NCBI GenBank assembly: GCA_046759645.1
Contig: JBHICO010000001.1
Coordinates: forward strand, 5,109 to 69,108
DNA: 64,000 bases
DNA from: Nitrososphaerales archaeon
GTDB taxonomy: Archaea > Thermoproteota > Nitrososphaeria > Nitrososphaerales > UBA213
Direction: 5' to 3'
The notes under the pieces: model-generated
Told to the model about the DNA's origin: nothing
Seen by the model: the letters and a program-made list of their open reading frames with translations, nothing else
The model's database searches: none
Shown: one piece after another, positions 20,409 to 28,991 of the stretch
How the letters are laid out: each line of letters opens with the position of its first letter
Position numbering within the stretch: position 1 is the stretch's first letter
Position numbers and translations under genes: made by a program

Positions 20409-20621
20409 TTCCTTGTGCTGGACCTCAAACGTGATAACCGCATCACAATTCTCTTCTATTCTCATATGGTTTCACTCTCCTCAGTTGGTAATTCTCATCA
20501 TAATTGATGCTCATGAGAGGAATTTTGAGAAGGGTTTATGTAAAATTGAAGACATAGATAGATTTTTAAGATAATTTGCTGATACCCCTTTCTGATCATA
20601 TTGGGTGAACTAGAAGACAAG

Positions 20622-20759
20622 ATGGTAAGGTTGGAAGAGGAGATTTCCGTACTGAGGAAGGAAGTTACCGTACTGAAAAGAGCTTTAAGGAATAAGATTG
20701 CAAGGTACGAAGTAGACCAAATAAGACTTGGGCGTGAAGTACAATCGATCGTCGAATGA
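20622..20759 (+). CDS. Possible 45-aa coiled-coil micro-protein
   Basis: MVRLEEEISVLRKEVTVLKRALRNKIARYEVDQIRLGREVQSIVE has a heptad-like pattern. An alternative TTG lies at 20601. It competes with a low-complexity antisense ORF (20498-20800). Confidence 0.3.
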   Translation: MVRLEEEISVLRKEVTVLKRALRNKIARYEVDQIRLGREVQSIVE

Positions 20760-20786
20760 ATTCTTTCTTCTTTCCCACAAAATTTC

Positions 20787-21821
20787 TTATGCTTTAACAA
20801 ATAGTATTATAGTCTTAATTGATGTTGACAACGGTATAGGATTCTCCATGCCATGCCATACAAATATTTCTGCAAAGTAGATGCCCTCATCATCTGGAGT
20901 CCATGATATACTCTGAGTTAGTGACATGTGGGGCTCAAGTACTCCATTAATCCATTTCAATTCTACCGAAAAGCCATCCTTATCCTTGATCTGCACTATG
21001 TAGGTAAAATCCTGTTCCATGGATGATTCGCTCTTGAGGACAGATTTTATCCAGGCGCGCTCATTTGGAGCAAACTTACCTATTCCTTGCCCTTGCTGAT
21101 CAACAAGCGCAAGTCTTGACACACTGACCTTGTTACCAATATCTGCAGGATTAACGACACTCTGCAACCCAAATGGTGCAGTAGAAAACTGTTCAGAATC
21201 TGCATAAAGCGTGTAACTAGTTATGGATGGAATGCGCTCATGAACATTAAGTTTGAAGCTCGCCTTCGCATTTGGTGCGATTGATTCTGGCTCTGTGTTA
21301 ACGGAGGCAAACCCAAGTACCCTATTGCTGTCATCATAGAAAGTGGCATAGACTTTTGACATTGAAGTGGTCTTGTCGCCAGTGTTTTTGATCTCCCCAC
21401 TTATTCGGACTTCGTTAATCCCATCTGTAAAGTCGCTTGCACTAATGATTTCCAGTTTGGCAGGCTTGGACTGTCCAAAGGCAAAGTTAACAACTTGAAG
21501 TTCATAACTGTTAACGCTAAAACTATATTCTGTAGCACCTACAATCATAAATGGTGCTCTATGACCAGGTGGTATGAGATCTATCAAAGTCAAGGCAGAT
21601 CCCGAGTCTAGAATTTTGCCTGAGGGATCTATGAAGCTGGCCTTCACCTCAACCGATTTGACGGATTCTTTGCCATCATTTATAACCTCTCCAACTACAA
21701 CTGGTGCGCCACTCGAGTCGATGTAAGTTGAGTAGTTGAAGAGTTTGATCTCCGGTGTGCTATATGCTGGTAATACAAGCAAGCTGCTAATTATAGCTAT
21801 TATAGCCAGTGCTCTCATCAT
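20787..21821 (-). CDS. Secreted protein with repeated beta-sandwich (FxLYD-like) modules
   Basis: Signal peptide MMRALAIIAIISSLLVLPAYS. Two similar blocks: GEVINDGKESVKSVEVKASFIDPSGKIL and GEIKNTGDKTTSMSKVYATFYDDSNRVL. Confidence 0.7.
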   Translation of the reverse strand: MMRALAIIAIISSLLVLPAYSTPEIKLFNYSTYIDSSGAPVVVGEVINDGKESVKSVEVKASFIDPSGKILDSGSALTLIDLIPPGHRAPFMIVGATEYSFSVNSYELQVVNFAFGQSKPAKLEIISASDFTDGINEVRISGEIKNTGDKTTSMSKVYATFYDDSNRVLGFASVNTEPESIAPNAKASFKLNVHERIPSITSYTLYADSEQFSTAPFGLQSVVNPADIGNKVSVSRLALVDQQGQGIGKFAPNERAWIKSVLKSESSMEQDFTYIVQIKDKDGFSVELKWINGVLEPHMSLTQSISWTPDDEGIYFAEIFVWHGMENPIPLSTSIKTIILFVKA

Positions 21822-22149
21822 AGGATTTTAGTAGAAAAGGCGATTAAATATGGATGAATTAAATTTTGTTGAGCGATTACTTGTGGTAAGTTGTATGAGA
21901 AATACTTTCCATGAATTGCAGGGTAAGGTGAATAATTGGTCCTTCTCATTACACTCTGCTTAGCTTCTTCACTTCCTTTATTTCCGTAAGTACGATCAAA
22001 TGAGTTCTTCAAACTCTTTCGGAAAGACGACATTAACTTTGGCCTTTGAGGCAATATCCTCAAGTCTGTCGTTTAGCCAACTCTCAAATGGTACTTAAAG
22101 ATAAATGGCAAGCTAACCTTTTATTGTTTGTATAACATGCCAATGTAAA

Positions 22150-22653
22150 TTGGTAACCAAAAAAGGAATTGCACTTACGGTGGCAATAATAGGAGGCTTC
22201 GTTGGAGCAAGCTTCCTAGTTTACTTGATTCCAGATTTCCCCCAAAGTGATTTCATTACGTTTAGTGATGCGGGAGAACAGCTGAATTTTGCTATGGATA
22301 GAAATCAACTCGTGATTGATGAGTTCCAAACTGTTTACCGACTATGGGAGAATGGGGATATTGACAAGAAAAGGTTCAATTCTAGTACTAACGTTTCTCT
22401 GGAGCAAGTCAATTTACTGATACTTGAATTACAACGAAAACAAATCCCTAGCGAATGGAATCAGAGTTATTTTCTGTTCATACAGGCTTTGGAGAATTAC
22501 AAGGTGTTTATTGAACAAACGAAAGAGTATGTTGACAGCAAGTCAGCTGATCAACCTGAACCTGCAGATGAACATACCTATCTTGAAACGATTTCAGAGA
22601 CACTTAAGAAGGCCCAGAATTTAACACAAGAATCGATAGGTGCTATGCCCTAA
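22150..22653 (+). CDS. Membrane-anchored hypothetical protein
   Basis: TTG start. N-terminal TM (IALTVAIIGGFVGASFLVYLI) followed by a helical soluble domain. Confidence 0.5.
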   Translation: MVTKKGIALTVAIIGGFVGASFLVYLIPDFPQSDFITFSDAGEQLNFAMDRNQLVIDEFQTVYRLWENGDIDKKRFNSSTNVSLEQVNLLILELQRKQIPSEWNQSYFLFIQALENYKVFIEQTKEYVDSKSADQPEPADEHTYLETISETLKKAQNLTQESIGAMP

Positions 22654-22688
22654 ACAGATTAAAATATTCATTCACCGTATATAGTATT

Positions 22689-23360
22689 GTGTCTATCGAT
22701 CTGTCCCATCTTAACAGGGTGCAGAGGTGGTTTTACAGAAAGCGTCGTATGTGGTTAGAGCTTAGTGTACTCTCTATGGTTCTCTTAATAATGCTTGAAA
22801 TCTACATGTTTTCTGCAGGATTTCCCACATTCATTGTAAATATAGCACCGATCCTCGTTGCACCCCTGCTAGGCATTTTGGTATTATCTACTTTCTGGCG
22901 CGGATCCTTGTCTTTTGCTGTTGTACTGATGGGCGTTGCCTGTATAGCTGGAGGGATGTTTGTAATGCCCTACGCTTTGTCACATGGTATAGCAAGCCAA
23001 GCACAATTGACTTCATACACTACCTTCACATTCACAATTGGTATTGGCACTTTGATCACTAGCCTGATAATGGTCTACAGACCGAATCTACTTTATGCAA
23101 AGAACAGACCGAGAGTCGAACAGCCCCCTTCTACATGGAAGAAAGATATGGCAAAGGGACAAAGAGTAATACCCTTACGCAAACTGCTATCCGAGAATGA
23201 GATCTACATACTTCCTAACTACAACTATGTGATGGTCTCAATAAATAGTGTAACTTATTTAGTTCCACCAGACGAGGCTGTCCCTGAAGGTAGTATTGTG
23301 CAAAGGAACAATGGGTACTTCATAGGTTTCCGCAAAATATACGATGGTTACTTCTTTTAG
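22689..23360 (+). CDS. Integral membrane protein (hypothetical)
   Basis: GTG start. About 5 hydrophobic helices followed by a soluble C-terminal ~80 aa. Confidence 0.5.
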   Translation: MSIDLSHLNRVQRWFYRKRRMWLELSVLSMVLLIMLEIYMFSAGFPTFIVNIAPILVAPLLGILVLSTFWRGSLSFAVVLMGVACIAGGMFVMPYALSHGIASQAQLTSYTTFTFTIGIGTLITSLIMVYRPNLLYAKNRPRVEQPPSTWKKDMAKGQRVIPLRKLLSENEIYILPNYNYVMVSINSVTYLVPPDEAVPEGSIVQRNNGYFIGFRKIYDGYFF

Positions 23361-23364
23361 TTAA

Positions 23365-23670
23365 TTACATGCTTTCTTCTTCTGCTACAAGGACGCATAA
23401 TTTAGGATCTAGGGAGAGTCCATCATCTGTTGCTTCCTTCGCTTCTCTGCTGTTACCGGCCCTCCTAAGGCTGTCCATATCATCAAAATAAACCTCCACA
23501 ACTTGGTAATGGTCTGATTTACCTACTGCAACACTCTTTACTTTTGATATTACTATCTTCCTTACACCTGGGATCTTCTTTGCCAATGGAACATGCACAT
23601 TGCGATAATAATCATCGAACTTCTCTGCATCTTTTATATTCGTATACAGAACGATCAGTTTTGCTACCAT
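23365..23670 (-). CDS. EthD family protein
   Basis: KLIVLYTNIKDAEKFDDYYRNVHVPLAKKIPGVRK...VVEVYFDDMDSL matches the EthD (TIGR02118-type) pattern. Confidence 0.8.
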   Translation of the reverse strand: MVAKLIVLYTNIKDAEKFDDYYRNVHVPLAKKIPGVRKIVISKVKSVAVGKSDHYQVVEVYFDDMDSLRRAGNSREAKEATDDGLSLDPKLCVLVAEEESM

Positions 23671-24122
23671 AGCGAATTAATATCAATTTTGACATGTATA
23701 TAGATATGATCATAGGAAATGGTTATCAGCGACTAATTTTCCTTAGTCGTGTTATAATATGATATATGAGAAAATCAGTGCAGTTGCGGTAGACAAATTG
23801 AAGGAGTAACAAAAGTTCTATCTTGATTTACATCTGTAGCGCGGAATGCATCTGTATGAACTATATGATGTTATATGTATTAACTGTATATACGTATGGT
23901 CAGAGGTCCTAGCAGAATTTTAATTGATCAATTTGCTCTGGGCAACTCAACTTGTTAGTATACTTCACTCTTGTCTTGATTTTTAACTACTGTTATATGT
24001 CTTCTACTTGAGTGCTTATCCCATCTCTGATGCATGGATTAATGAGAAGATCCTCCCTCCTACACTTCTACCATATATTGGTAAATTCCAAATTCTTTAA
24101 CAGTACTTAATTCTACCACTAA

Positions 24123-24482
24123 TTAAGGAAGGTCAACAGCAAGATAACCATTACTGACCTTGACTTTGTAAATTGTAAGATCGCCAGCCTTTCTCCAGTT
24201 TGGGCTCTGCTCGATCCACGTTGGATGGTCTTTCTTCCATGATGTCATTTTCATAAGTTTACCTGATGAAAGATCGAATTCATAGTTGTGTCTTCCACAA
24301 ACTATATTGTTATCGTTAAACCATCCCCTGTACAGATAGGCACCTTTATGAGGGCAGTAGGCATTACATGCAAAGAATTTTCCGTTGTGTTTTCCGACGG
24401 TTATCTCTACTCCATCGACATCAAACAACGACATGGAATTGTTCTTTATATCAGTGATTTTGCAGATCTTTCTGAATGTCAT
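24123..24482 (-). CDS. Rieske [2Fe-2S] domain protein
   Basis: CPHKG (CxH) and CGRHNYEF (CxxH). Start set at ATG 24482, 19 nt after the upstream ferritin-like stop; the ORF opens at 24581. Confidence 0.8.
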   Translation of the reverse strand: MTFRKICKITDIKNNSMSLFDVDGVEITVGKHNGKFFACNAYCPHKGAYLYRGWFNDNNIVCGRHNYEFDLSSGKLMKMTSWKKDHPTWIEQSPNWRKAGDLTIYKVKVSNGYLAVDLP

Positions 24483-24501
24483 ATCAAAAAAAAGGAGAAT
24501 T

Positions 24502-25116
24502 TTAAGTTGTGTGCAAATGCGACCCAGAGTGTGGCGATTCTCCCACGAATCTTCTTCTAAAGTGAGCAGATGGTCTTCCATATAGGAGCTCTATGAACCA
24601 CGCTTCGTGTTCGATCTCTTCTTGCATTATTCTCTGTGCAATATCATACGTCCTAGGATCTTTACCATAGGTCATTTGGCAAACCTGTCCCCATGATCTG
24701 ATCGCACATTGTTCAGCAGCTAAAAGCACTTTGATTATCTCTTTTACGTCAGTCCAGTTCTTAGGGAGATAAGCGTCTGGACATCCTGAGAGATCGGCAA
24801 ACTGCCTAATATCTCTCGGCAGTGATCCTCCAAGCTCGTACAACCTTGGAACCATTGCCTCAAAGTGATTTCTGTCTTCAATTCGAGCGTCTTCCACAAT
24901 CTCTTTTATTCCCTCCCCCTCGAGCCCAGTGCAGTGCATCCTGAGGATAGTGTAATAATAGTAAGTGGTGAATTCTGCACCAACTCCTGCTACCAGCAGA
25001 TCGATAAGTTTCTTGACATTTACTCCAGCCTTCTCCACAACCTGCACAGCAACTACGTTCTTGCTGCTTAGGGACATCGAAGATGGGTTACCCTTTTTCT
25101 TGGATTTTTTAGCCAT
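24502..25116 (-). CDS. Ferritin-like di-iron protein (DPS-like/DPSL type)
   Basis: The four-helix-bundle ligand pattern is carried by [17 protein letters not shown] and EEIEHE. Conserved-looking cysteines (MHCTG, LSGCPD) match those described for DPS-like proteins. Confidence 0.7.
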   Translation of the reverse strand: MAKKSKKKGNPSSMSLSSKNVVAVQVVEKAGVNVKKLIDLLVAGVGAEFTTYYYYTILRMHCTGLEGEGIKEIVEDARIEDRNHFEAMVPRLYELGGSLPRDIRQFADLSGCPDAYLPKNWTDVKEIIKVLLAAEQCAIRSWGQVCQMTYGKDPRTYDIAQRIMQEEIEHEAWFIELLYGRPSAHFRRRFVGESPHSGSHLHTT

Positions 25117-25186
25117 TGCGGTTCTCAGAGTAGAGATACCTACAATAATTATAAACTTTCTGATCGGGGTTTGTCAGAAACTGGTT

Positions 25187-26272
25187 TTAAGCTACACCAA
25201 CAGATTTTGCTAACTCTTCCCTGCACTTGGGCTTAAGTTCTTGGGCAGCGTGTTCTGGACTTACATTGCTCATATAAACACCAAAGGCTCTTTCAAACCC
25301 AGCCCAGTTTGATATCTGAGGGTAAACTTCTATACGCCAGTGTACCATTACGTTGTTCTTCTTTTCTGGAGAAATATGAAACGCCAGATTGAAATAGATG
25401 TCTTTCAATGTTCTGCATAATCCGCCCAAAGTTGATCTTAACATCATCGCCAAATCATTGATCTCCGTCTGTGTAATTGACGAGAAGCTCGATGAATGCC
25501 TTTTTGGTACTATCCAAAACTCATATGGATAAGTAGATGCCCATGGGCACATCGCAACGAAGTTTTGTGTTGAGAGAATTTCTCTAGGACCATTTGCTTC
25601 AACATTAACTACATTGCATACGGGGCATGTTCCACTGTCTTCCATTGCTCTCTCTGCCGCTTTAGCTTCTTGCAGTATGGTAGGAGGTATAGTTGGAAAT
25701 GTTACAAGATTGACGTGAGAATGTTCGCCCACAGCATTTCCGTTCTGTCCATAACTAGCAAATATTGACACATAATTAACCCTCTTCTGCGCATATAACC
25801 ATTTTACCCTGTCCTGAATAACCAGTAACACATTTGCCCACTGATCTATTGGAATATTTGATAACCTTTGCTTATGAGTTGGTGCAGCTACCACTACATA
25901 ATGAAAGCCATATGCCGGTTCTCTATACAAGGGTTCATCTCCATAAGAAACGTTTGGCGCTGTGCTAACAGCAGGATCGGTGCTAGGAAATACTCTGACA
26001 GACCAGTCCTTGACATAATTGCCATCTCCATCGCTCAGCATCCGATACATGCCATCTCTCTGTACCATCGCAAGAACTGCAGGTGAGGTTAAATGTTCAT
26101 TTCCTGGGCAATACGGGCATTTACCTTGCTTCGTGTTATGACCATTACCGTTACTATGATTGTTATACCCATTCCTGTGGACGTGACCGTGACCATGACC
26201 ATTACCGTTTTCTGTAGGAACCACCACGAACCTGTCAATGAGGTAATCCCGCCGTAATTCACTCAAAGCCAT
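25187..26272 (-). CDS. Galactose-1-phosphate uridylyltransferase-like HIT-family nucleotidyltransferase
   Basis: Zinc motif CPYCPGNEH, a histidine motif GEHSHVNL in place of HxHxQ, a second half-domain WIVPKRH, and a His/Asn/Gly-rich N-terminal insert. Confidence 0.8.
   Translation of the reverse strand: MALSELRRDYLIDRFVVVPTENGNGHGHGHVHRNGYNNHSNGNGHNTKQGKCPYCPGNEHLTSPAVLAMVQRDGMYRMLSDGDGNYVKDWSVRVFPSTDPAVSTAPNVSYGDEPLYREPAYGFHYVVVAAPTHKQRLSNIPIDQWANVLLVIQDRVKWLYAQKRVNYVSIFASYGQNGNAVGEHSHVNLVTFPTIPPTILQEAKAAERAMEDSGTCPVCNVVNVEANGPREILSTQNFVAMCPWASTYPYEFWIVPKRHSSSFSSITQTEINDLAMMLRSTLGGLCRTLKDIYFNLAFHISPEKKNNVMVHWRIEVYPQISNWAGFERAFGVYMSNVSPEHAAQELKPKCREELAKSVGVA
26135..26209 (-). repeat. Low-complexity His/Asn/Gly codon repeat inside the GalT-like gene
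   Basis: Encodes NGNGHGHGHVHRNGYNNHSNGNGHN. The 12-mer accattaccgtt occurs twice, at 26141 and 26198. Confidence 0.6.
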
Positions 26273-26443
26273 CCTGGTGACCCTCCAAATCGTTCATTTG
26301 CGCTCACGTAGTATAAGAGTGCGGTTTACTTTAGGGCTCCTGCGAAACAATTGGAATTCGTACGCAAAAGCGTTCCGCTTTTTAATACACTGGTGTCTAC
26401 ATGAGAGGAGGGTTAGGATCGTCTTCCTATCTGTAATGGGCGT

Positions 26444-26665
26444 TTAGATGCTGCAGTAGAAGGTCTGGATCTTTAGCTTATCTAATCTCTTAACCACTTG
26501 ATTTGCATAAGAATTTGCGGTTGGCCTAGAAACATTAAATCTTTTTTGAGCTTCCTCCACAATCATTGTAAAATTTGAGATATTATTATCCATCGTCCAC
26601 TGGGTAAGGGCAAGTATCCTTAACTGCCTAGTACGCTTGTGGTGCTCCAGTTGAGACAAGACCAT
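26444..26665 (-). CDS. Small putative HTH DNA-binding protein
   Basis: 73 aa. KRFNVSRPTANSYANQVVKRL looks like a helix-turn-helix. No family assigned. Confidence 0.35.
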   Translation of the reverse strand: MVLSQLEHHKRTRQLRILALTQWTMDNNISNFTMIVEEAQKRFNVSRPTANSYANQVVKRLDKLKIQTFYCSI

Positions 26666-27404
26666 CTGATATATGGTACATTACCATAAATAATTGTTAT
26701 GTTGTCGCCCTTGTATTAACTAAATTCAAAGATGAATTATATTTTCATCCATTTCCTATGTTATTGAATATTCATAACAGTTTTAGCACTAACTAATTTT
26801 GCCTTTTTCTGTTGGAGCCGAACGTGAAGGTAATTATCGATACAACTTGATACGGGCCAGGAGACATTGCTTATATTACAATAAATGCTAGAAACTTTAC
26901 CTAGGTGACGGATGTTGCTGAAAGCTTGGACCTAACACATCTATATTTGAATTGTAATTAAACTTCCAGATGATTTAGCAAGTAATTCATCAGTTTCGGT
27001 TATTTACAATAATCCGTTTGAACTTACCCCCAGTTCGAGAAAATCAATTCCTCGAGGGAAATGTGGCTGTTGTTGAAATAGGTATAACAGATGAAAATGG
27101 CAAAATGGTGACAGCCATAAGTGTTAGCGAACAAATGACTTTCAGATCGACTATTCAGATTAGTATGGATACCAGATGTAACTGGAGAATATACGATAGA
27201 TATATTTCTGTGGGAAAGTATCTTCAAACCAGTACCCTTAATGTTGGAAGAGAAGACGAGTGTTATAATAGTAACTTGAATTACTTGTTATGTGTCTATG
27301 ATGTTAAGGCATTGCCTAGTATATACCAGATTTGAAAAGATGTAAGATATACTTCTAGCCATTCCTCCAAAATCCTTATACTACACTCTGGCGACCTTTA
27401 TGAT

Positions 27405-27665
27405 GTGCAGCTACGACAATGTACAAACTTATTAACTTCTCTTAGCGCCGTGATAGCATTGATTTTAATTCTAAGTACAACACTTCCCATTAATGCAGCA
27501 TCCATGGATACAATTCTATTTCCCATTCAGAGCAAAGCCGTTTTAGTTTATGAACAGCCTAACATTGTTACAACGATCTCTTCAATGCCAGTATATATTT
27601 TGGTTCTGCTTGGTGGCGTTATGGCTGCAATAGCCATAATAGTGTTAGTCAAAACAAGAAAATAG
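27405..27665 (+). CDS. Small exported, C-terminally anchored protein (hypothetical)
   Basis: GTG start. N-terminal signal-like helix and C-terminal TM plus basic tail (VYILVLLGGVMAAIAIIVLVKTRK). Confidence 0.4.
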   Translation: MQLRQCTNLLTSLSAVIALILILSTTLPINAASMDTILFPIQSKAVLVYEQPNIVTTISSMPVYILVLLGGVMAAIAIIVLVKTRK

Positions 27666-27712
27666 ACCTTGTTTTTGTAACCTTAGCTGTATGTGAATTA
27701 AAATCATGATTA

Positions 27713-27841
27713 TCATTTATTATCGTTCGACAAACAGCAGCACTGATCGTATCTACACTTGGTACATTTATCACCCAATCCTGCCTTGGTACTTGCGCAT
27801 TCATGAGGTTCACAACCACAATCTGCACATTTGATCTTCAT
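27713..27841 (-). CDS. 42-aa Cys-rich micro-protein (candidate metal-binding)
   Basis: ATG..TGA reads MKIKCADCGCEPHECASTKAGLGDKCTKCRYDQCCCLSNDNK, with 9 Cys in 42 aa. It is below the ORF-track cutoff. An A/T-rich promoter-like stretch lies about 30 nt upstream. Confidence 0.3.
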   Translation of the reverse strand: MKIKCADCGCEPHECASTKAGLGDKCTKCRYDQCCCLSNDNK

Positions 27842-27973
27842 CGTGTTTATCATATAGTTACGTGTTTTAATTGCATCGATTGCTATCTTTCAGGTCTCAA
27901 CAGAGGTTTTCAACTGATTGCTTGATTAACAATATGTTTCGTTTTGACAGATGCCTGAGAGGTTTGTAATGAC

Positions 27974-28381
27974 TCATTCGCTCTTTTTAGCGAGGTTTAG
28001 GGCTACAGAATTGATACAAAAACGTTTGTTTGAGGGTGTCGGCCCATCATCGAACACATGACCAAGGTGTGCACCACATCTGCTGCATAATACCCCAACC
28101 CTTTCCATTCCATAACTATTATCGATTTCATACTGTACGTTCTCTGGGTTGATAGGAGCCCAAAAACTTGGCCAACCTGTGCCTGAATCATACTTTGTTT
28201 CTGAAAGGAACAGCTCGTTACCACAGCAGATACATTTGTAAATCCCTTTATCCTTGCAGTTACAATATTCTCCAGTAAACGGTCTTTCAGTGCCTTTCTT
28301 TATGCATACTTCATACTGTTCTTGTGTAAGTTGCTTTTTCCATTCCTCGTCTTTCTTATACACAAACCCTTTTTTTGCCAT
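27974..28381 (-). CDS. msrB: Peptide-methionine (R)-S-oxide reductase MsrB
   Basis: Two CxxC zinc pairs, GTGWPSF, GHVFDDGP and the catalytic RFCINS. Confidence 0.92.
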   Translation of the reverse strand: MAKKGFVYKKDEEWKKQLTQEQYEVCIKKGTERPFTGEYCNCKDKGIYKCICCGNELFLSETKYDSGTGWPSFWAPINPENVQYEIDNSYGMERVGVLCSRCGAHLGHVFDDGPTPSNKRFCINSVALNLAKKSE

Positions 28382-28556
28382 GATTAAAAAAAGGTTAAGC
28401 GAGTATTATAAGGTATTCCCACTTACTTTCATATTCCGTAAATAGTTTCTCTACTTACCCAATTTGCGCTACCAACATCCGAGTCCTCAGCAGTTATGAA
28501 TTTCCGTCATAATATTAAAAAGCAGATTATTAGTACCATGAATCACATAAAACTAA

Positions 28557-28657
28557 TGCGGGATGCGGGACTTTCTAGCCTACACTAGAGTGCCAGCCAT
28601 TCGAACCCGCGCAATTGGCTTGGGAAGCCAATATCCTGACCGCTAGACCAATCCCGC
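28557..28657 (-). tRNA. tRNA-Gly (anticodon CCC) with a predicted 29-nt intron in the T-arm (about position 59/60-61)
   Basis: Manual cloverleaf: acceptor GCGGGAT/ATCCCGC, anticodon stem TTGGC/GCCAA, loop TTCCCAA, T-stem GCGGG, loop TTCGAAT. The insert GGCTGGCACTCTAGTGTAGGCTAGAAAGT (28570-28598) is followed by CCCGC. CCA is not encoded. Confidence 0.8.
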
Positions 28658-28702
28658 ACAAGTATTTCAACGAATATAACACTCTATTAAGATTATCAGA
28701 TC

Positions 28703-28987
28703 GTGATAGTTGTTCTATCTAGATCTGATATTCAGCCGTTAGAAGACATTCGCTCAATAAGAACTTGCAAAGAAAGAAATAAAGACGAGTATTTCGCACC
28801 ACCGTGGATGCAATGTAGCTGCAGGTGCATCCACTGCAAGAGTAACGATCTGGAATTATTGATGATAGAGTTACCGGACGATGATTATGACATACACCAC
28901 ACATGTAGAAATTGTGGAATCCATTTCAACCATTTAGATGGCGAAACGTATATCACATGTGAGAAGTGTAACTATAAGAAAAATTAA
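28703..28987 (+). CDS. Small zinc-ribbon protein (hypothetical)
   Basis: 94 aa with a GTG start. Cys/His pairs: CSCRCIHC, HHTCRNCG and CEKC. Confidence 0.45.
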   Translation: MIVVLSRSDIQPLEDIRSIRTCKERNKDEYFAPPWMQCSCRCIHCKSNDLELLMIELPDDDYDIHHTCRNCGIHFNHLDGETYITCEKCNYKKN

Positions 28988-28991
28988 TGAT

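Noticed and set aside
20410-20520. C/D-box sRNA-like pattern on the minus strand (ATGATGA-N10-CTGA ... TGATGC-N12-TGAG)
   Set aside because: The spacing is wrong: 10 nt instead of about 12 to D', and about 35 nt between D' and C'. The terminal D box is TGAG rather than CTGA. This does not meet the archaeal C/D sRNA architecture.
21818-22063. 81-aa minus-strand ORF overlapping the start of the secreted-protein gene by 4 nt
   Set aside because: It has no motif and a basic, low-information sequence, and it may just be promoter/5' region. Kept out of the feature list for lack of support.
26281-26413. Possible structured RNA (CCCTCC...GGAGGG, inner GCGG...CCGC)
   Set aside because: Only 4-6-bp complementary stretches could be found by eye, with no covariation information and no recognisable family. 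The evidence is insufficient.
27018-27335. 105-aa TTG-initiated ORF
   Set aside because: It has no family resemblance and is bounded by a stop just upstream in an otherwise non-coding stretch. It could be real, but I cannot support it.
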